IMG/VR virus record: IMGVR_UViG_3300037258_000374
Span: 10,805 to 74,804 of that record
Origin: a virus
Strand: one strand, 5' to 3'
Length of the DNA: 64,000 bases
Shown here piece by piece: positions 59,019-64,000 of the stretch; the stretch's first letter is position 1; each line of letters opens with the position of its first letter. The position numbers and the translations under genes were made by a program. The notes under the pieces were generated by a model that saw only the letters and a list, made by a program, of their open reading frames with translations, did no database searches and had not been told where the DNA came from.

Positions 59019-59516
59019 ATGGGCGACAACCGAGATTTCCGCAAGCCGCCGCCTCCGCTGATCCCTCCGCGCAAGCCTGAGGATGATCCGGAGAAGACGC
59101 CGATCGATGGATCGGCAGCGTACGAGTTCCGTCTGCGGAAGGTCGAGCAGACCGGAAGGCAGACGACCAGCGCCATCACAGGTATGAAGACCGAGGTCAC
59201 TGGCCTGACGACCGAAGTGGCTGGCGTCAAGACCGAGGTCGAGCGCGTGCACACGCGGCTCGATGGCCTTCACGATACGCTGAGCGACACGCTGATCAAA
59301 TCGTTGGGCGAGATCCAGACGAAGCGCGCGACCACTGCCGTCGACGTTCAGGCGAAGCAGCAACAGTCGGACATCGACATCACGACCGCGAAGAAGAAGA
59401 CGCGCCACGTGTTCTGGATGTCGATCCTCGGCAAGCTGACGATCGGCATGATCGGCCTCGCGATTGCGGCCGGCACGCTGCTCGTGGAGAGCTGGATCAG
59501 AGGCCTGCTCAAGTAG
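59019..59516 (+). CDS. Coiled-coil protein with C-terminal TM (lysis-module membrane protein)
   Basis: Heptad-like TEVTGL/TEVAGV/TEVERV, then a hydrophobic helix. Confidence 0.55.
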   Translation: MGDNRDFRKPPPPLIPPRKPEDDPEKTPIDGSAAYEFRLRKVEQTGRQTTSAITGMKTEVTGLTTEVAGVKTEVERVHTRLDGLHDTLSDTLIKSLGEIQTKRATTAVDVQAKQQQSDIDITTAKKKTRHVFWMSILGKLTIGMIGLAIAAGTLLVESWIRGLLK

Positions 59517-59659
59517 CGTTCCACGTGGAACAGCGCACCGCGCCGGGCAGAATAGAGGGGTCAGCCCATCTCGCCGCCACGAGATGTCCTGCCCGGCGCG
59601 GAACATGGTCAGGATGGGTCGTTTGTGTTCGGACGTCAAGCTGTGGCACCATCCTGGCC

Positions 59660-60544
59660 ATGAGAACTCGCCGCCTGATCATGCTGCTGCTGTTCATGCT
59701 TTTGCCCGCCGTCGCCTTCGCCGGACCGCTCGTCGATCCGACCGCCGACCCGGTAGCGTTCGTGACGCAGGTGATCGGCTTCGTGCATACCTGCTGGCCG
59801 CTCGCGCTCGCGCTCGGCGCCTACGGCGCGCTCGAGGTGGTCGTGTGGCTCGGAAAGAACGTGCCGTTCCTCGCGTGGCTCGACACGGGCCGCAAGACGA
59901 TGGTCATCGCAGGCGTGATCGGCGTGCTCGGTGCGGGTCTGAACTCGTACATGGGTAATCCGAATCTGCAGTCAGCGTTCATCGCGGTGCTCGGCGCAGT
60001 CGCAGCCTACTGGCATCCGCAGGCGGGGGCGTCGCTGACTGATGATCAGGTCGAGAAGCTGGCGACTGCTCGAGCTCTCAAGCGCGCGAGCAACAAGAGC
60101 GGCGGCTTTACCATTCGCGAGATGATGTTCGCGCTCGCGGTGATCGGCACGATGGGGATGGCGATCCTGGTGTCGCAGCCGAGCTGCTCGAAGGTCGACA
60201 GTGCTGCGACCACGGTGGAGAACGATATCGTCGACTGCACGAAGGGCGAGCTCGCGAAGGCAGAGACGATCGCAGTTGGGCTCGCGCCAGCGGTGTTCAC
60301 CGGCGCGATCACGATCGCATCGGTCGAAGCAGCTGCCCTGCTGGTGGGCGGCGATGTCGGCGTGTGCATCCTGACCGACCTCGGCGATCAGATCGCTCAG
60401 CTCGCGACGGGCAACGGCTCGGGCTCGGGCTCGGGCAGTGCGGCCAAGATGAAGGCGCCGATCGATATCGGTCAGGTGATCGACGACTACCGCAAGCAGT
60501 CCGGTTACAAGAAGCACGTCCACGGCGCGACGCACGACTACTAG
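59660..60544 (+). CDS. Multi-pass membrane protein, holin/spanin candidate
   Basis: Signal-like N-terminus and 3-4 TM segments, directly upstream of the endolysin. Confidence 0.55.
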   Translation: MRTRRLIMLLLFMLLPAVAFAGPLVDPTADPVAFVTQVIGFVHTCWPLALALGAYGALEVVVWLGKNVPFLAWLDTGRKTMVIAGVIGVLGAGLNSYMGNPNLQSAFIAVLGAVAAYWHPQAGASLTDDQVEKLATARALKRASNKSGGFTIREMMFALAVIGTMGMAILVSQPSCSKVDSAATTVENDIVDCTKGELAKAETIAVGLAPAVFTGAITIASVEAAALLVGGDVGVCILTDLGDQIAQLATGNGSGSGSGSAAKMKAPIDIGQVIDDYRKQSGYKKHVHGATHDY

Positions 60545-60546
60545 CC

Positions 60547-61365
60547 ATGCTGACGATCGTCGACTATGCAGTGGTCGACGGGGACGCCCCGCCGGTCTTC
60601 TCGGCAGCGCGCTCCGCTGGCGCGGTCGCCGTGGCGATCCGTGGGGCGTGGGGTTACAAGGGGCAGGCTGCGGCCGACAAGACGCTCGCGCGTGACGCCG
60701 CGCCGGCGCGCGCCGCTGGGCTCCAGGTGCTCTCGTACCTTTTCCTCGACTACGAGACCAACCCGGAGCTTCAGGCGGATGTGATGGCCGCTGCGTACGC
60801 GCGCGCTGAGGGCGACCTGCCAGTGGCGCTCGACCTCGAAATTGATACGCCGCCGCTGGGCACCACGCCGGCTAGCCGCTTGGCGATCGCGGAGCGCTGC
60901 CTTACTCGCCTGCAGCAGCACTTCGGCGCGCGCGGCGTGCAGATCTACACGAGCCTCGAGCAGTGGGGCGACCACTTCGGCGACCTGCCGAGCTCGGCGC
61001 TTGGCGCGTGCCCGCTGTGGCTCAAGATCCCGTACGCGTGGAAGGCGCGCAATGCGCCGCATCTGCCGGGGCCGATGACCGAGCTGCCGCGGCCGTGGCG
61101 TGATGCGAGTTCGCCTGGAGCGTGGAGCGTTCAGTTTCAAGGAGACGCGCTCGGCTTCCCCGGCTTCTCCAGCACGGTCGACCTGTCGTACTTCGTGCCG
61201 TTCCGCGCTGGAGCCCCCGATGCGCGCGCGCCGTACGTAGCCAGCGCGATCGCATGCGCCGGGCCCGAGGTGCTGCCGACCGCGCTGCCGGCGTGGCAGG
61301 CGGCGCATGGGCTCGCGGCCGACTCGATCGGCGGCCCGGCTACCTTCGCGGCCTTGACCCGTTGA
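60547..61365 (+). CDS. Endolysin, GH25 muramidase with peptidoglycan-binding tail
   Basis: IVDYA, LSYLFL, LPVALDLE, QIYTS, CPLWL; WQAAHGLAADSIGGPAT. Confidence 0.85.
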   Translation: MLTIVDYAVVDGDAPPVFSAARSAGAVAVAIRGAWGYKGQAAADKTLARDAAPARAAGLQVLSYLFLDYETNPELQADVMAAAYARAEGDLPVALDLEIDTPPLGTTPASRLAIAERCLTRLQQHFGARGVQIYTSLEQWGDHFGDLPSSALGACPLWLKIPYAWKARNAPHLPGPMTELPRPWRDASSPGAWSVQFQGDALGFPGFSSTVDLSYFVPFRAGAPDARAPYVASAIACAGPEVLPTALPAWQAAHGLAADSIGGPATFAALTR

Positions 61366-61767
61366 GGATCGCAGCAGGGGCGCCGGCCTCGATGAGCGTG
61401 GCATTTCGTCGAGCCGCCGCCTGACGTTCGGCGTGCGTCAGCCAGACGGCCTCCAGCATCCCGCGCTGGTCGAGCTTGATGAAATCCGGGACCGGAAGAT
61501 GGCGGATGTAGCCGCGCTCGATCTCCCACGATGACGAGATGAATGCCTTGTCGACGTGTCGATCGTTCACGGTCCCCAGTATAGCCGCATCAGCGCGGCG
61601 TCATCGATCTCGCCAACAAGCTCGACGATGAACACATGGCCGCACGCGCACTCCACACGGCGCACCGGAGGCGGGCTCCAGTACGACCCGCCTTCCACGT
61701 GCAGGTCAGCCGAATCGGCCTCGAATCGCTTACGCGCGCCGCATTTTTCGGCATGCGACGACGCAGC

Positions 61768-62169
61768 TCACCGCATTTCGCAGTCGTGGAACTCCGGAAC
61801 CGCTTGCGCGTCGCACCACGACGGAGCGTGCAGGACAGGGTTCGTGTTCGGGATGTCGCAGGTCAGCGGTGGACCGTACTCGTCGGTAGCTTCCCAGATC
61901 CTTCCGCTCTGGAAGTTGCAGCCCCACTTCCACGCGAGCGCGGCGCGCGCGGCCTGGTAGTCGCCCGGTTCGAGTACGTCCTGCGAGCCCGCAGCGACGC
62001 AGATCGTCGTCTGCACGTCCGTCTCCGGCAGGATGCCATTGCTGCACTGCGCTTGCGTGTACATCGTATACGCGCGTCCGATGCTGACCTCGTCCGGCGA
62101 TGTTGGCGCGGTCGTGTCGGTGGTGCATGCGGCGGTGAAAGCGATCGCGATCGTGAGCATCTTCAACAC
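61768..62169 (-). CDS. Putative lipoprotein
   Basis: MLKMLTIAIAFTAAC lipobox; several Cys. Confidence 0.6.
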   Translation of the reverse strand: MLKMLTIAIAFTAACTTDTTAPTSPDEVSIGRAYTMYTQAQCSNGILPETDVQTTICVAAGSQDVLEPGDYQAARAALAWKWGCNFQSGRIWEATDEYGPPLTCDIPNTNPVLHAPSWCDAQAVPEFHDCEMR

Positions 62170-62172
62170 GGT

Positions 62173-64000
62173 TCATCTCCTCTTGAGCGTGAGCTCGTAG
62201 CTGGGGTCTGCAATCTCGGCGGCGAGCTGGTCCTGTACTTGGGCCAGCGCTTCCAGCCAGACACGGTTGTGAGCGGCGCGCGCGTCGTCGCCGAGCGCCT
62301 TGGGGATGTTGGTGCGCCATGCCTCGAGCGTGGTGCGCGTGTCGGATGCGGCGCGGCGGAGCGCGTCGATCAAGACACGTCGATGGTCGCGGTCGAACGT
62401 GCGCGGTCCGTTTGGCGGAGGCGGCGGGCGAGTCGGAGGCATGTTCACGACAGCCTCTGATCGTCGTAGTCGACCGACCTGCCGATCGAGAACTCGTCGG
62501 TCGGCTTGAGAGGCATCGTCCCAGGCGGGAATATCAGCATCGTTGCGTGACAGCGCTGACATGTGGCGATGTGCGTGGGGCGAAGCTGACCTCCGCCGTT
62601 GATCGTCCAGATGGATAGGTCGCGTGATGTGACCTGTTCGAACACCACTACGTAACCGCACATCATGCACGGCATGCGCTCGCGATCGTCCTGCTCGTCG
62701 CCCGGATCGTGGTCGGCGATCATCGCTCCCTCGGAAACATCTTGCCGCGCGCCCCATCGGTCAGCGCTGCGAGCTCGTCGAGTAGCTTGCCGTTGACGCC
62801 CTCTTGCGCGCGCCAGTGCTCGCCGATCTGATCGACGACGGTGAGCAGCCGTAGCATCTGCGCAGCGTCGACGTCGTGGATGGTGGCGTTCCTCGGCAGC
62901 TCGACTGAGGCAAGCGAGCCGGGCTCGATCGGCGCTTCGAGGACGAGCCCGCGGCGGACGATGCACCACATCAGCGTCGCGTTCGGATCGCTTCCGAATC
63001 CGCCCTCGGCCGGCGGCGGGAACTCCTTGAGGAAGCGGTCCCACTCCTTGTCGGTGACAGCGAAGCGACCGCACATCGGGCGATTGCCTTTGGGTCCGGG
63101 TCCGAGCACGGTGACGTGCACGTGGCCACCTTGCAGCTGACCGACGAACGTGAGCTGAGCGATTTCGATCTCGGTGGTCATTTTGCGAAACCCATTCCTT
63201 CCATGATGCTCGGCCAGTGGTCGTCGTTGTGGCCGCGCTCGCGACGACAGTTCGACCACAGCCCGTCGGCTCCTTTCACATAGGCATCGCACGGCGAAGA
63301 CATCGTGCGCGCAAGGAACTCCTCTTCGGTAACCGGTCGCTCGTGCGGCGCGATGTTGTAGCTGCGTCCGTAGAAGCCGTGCTCATCGGGTTGATTCCAC
63401 CAGTGCTGCGGCGGCGATTCGCTTGCGTAGCTCGATCCACAACTCCGCATCGTTCGCGAACACCTCGCCGCCTTCGCGTAAGACGCTCTCCGGCCGGTTG
63501 CACCAACGACGAGCAAGATCGTATACCGGCCGCATCTTCTCGACCTCGGCGTGGAGTGCTAGGGCTGCGTGGGCGAGCTTCGGCGTCGTATCGGTGCGAA
63601 GCGGAGGCGAATTACCTCCGGTCAGGTAGCATTTGGCTAGACTAATCGCGTGCTTGATCTCGTCGTCGGTCATGGCGCCCTTCTGTTCGGTGGAGTTAAC
63701 CCGACAAGCATGGTAGAAGCGCCGCAGTTCAAGCGGCTGATCGGCCTCGCCCGGCGACGACATCGAGCAGCGCTCGCACTCGCGGACGCACCACTTGTTC
63801 ATCTGCTCCGCGTTCGTCACCGGGATCAACGGCTTGAGGTGGCCGCCCTCGCTGGTTCCCGGTTCCTGTGGCGCGTCGCCGACCTCAGCGTCTCCGAGGA
63901 AGGCGTAGTCGTCGGGGTCGTCGGAGAGCTGGACCTTTGGCCGCGTGCTGGAGCCGAACGCCTTCTCGCATCTTCCGTCGCACGCGACCTTGGCGCGCTG
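62173..64000 (-). other. Run of small minus-strand hypothetical phage ORFs, last one partial
   Basis: Approximately 62173-62442, 62445-62723, 62720-63181 and 63383-63673, plus a Cys-rich frame entering from the window end. Confidence 0.5.

Noticed and set aside
1-64000. Definite host assignment
   Set aside because: High GC and gene style hint at a myxobacterial-type host, but no host genes are in the window to support it.

Overview
The window is about 64 kb of a GC-rich (roughly two-thirds GC by eye) tailed phage or prophage with a contractile (myovirus-type) tail. No integrase, att site or host gene is visible, and both ends run into phage-like minus-strand genes. Layout: (1) 1-7.9 kb, leftward early arm with a ParB-like gene, a truncated radical SAM gene, a broken HerA-like ATPase, Gp37/Gp68, a YqaJ exonuclease plus partner, and an RHH repressor. 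(2) 7.9-25 kb, rightward arm with small ORFs, a replication initiator with iterons, a DnaC-like loader, a broken DNA methyltransferase, HAD, RusA-like, HNH, SNF2 helicase, SLT and GroES-like genes. (3) 25-59 kb, packaging, head, neck, tail and baseplate genes, with several inserted genes and an initiator-like tRNA-Met. (4) 59-61.4 kb, lysis genes. (5) Small minus-strand ORFs to the end. The standout is a compact cassette at 19.4-20.8 kb: a lone Cas7/RAMP-like gene and a coupled partner gene, flanked by three non-coding units of constant-CGC/variable-NN pentamers, each ending in the same small hairpin. It looks like a non-CRISPR RNA-guided system with a gapped dinucleotide code. Other notable points: an antisense HNH endonuclease inserted without breaking the frame of the head-morphogenesis gene, a second copy of the replication iteron array upstream of terS, a candidate -1 frameshift in a baseplate wedge gene, genome-wide leaderless promoters, and surface domains shared among structural proteins. 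All family assignments come from motif recognition by eye; no database search was run.
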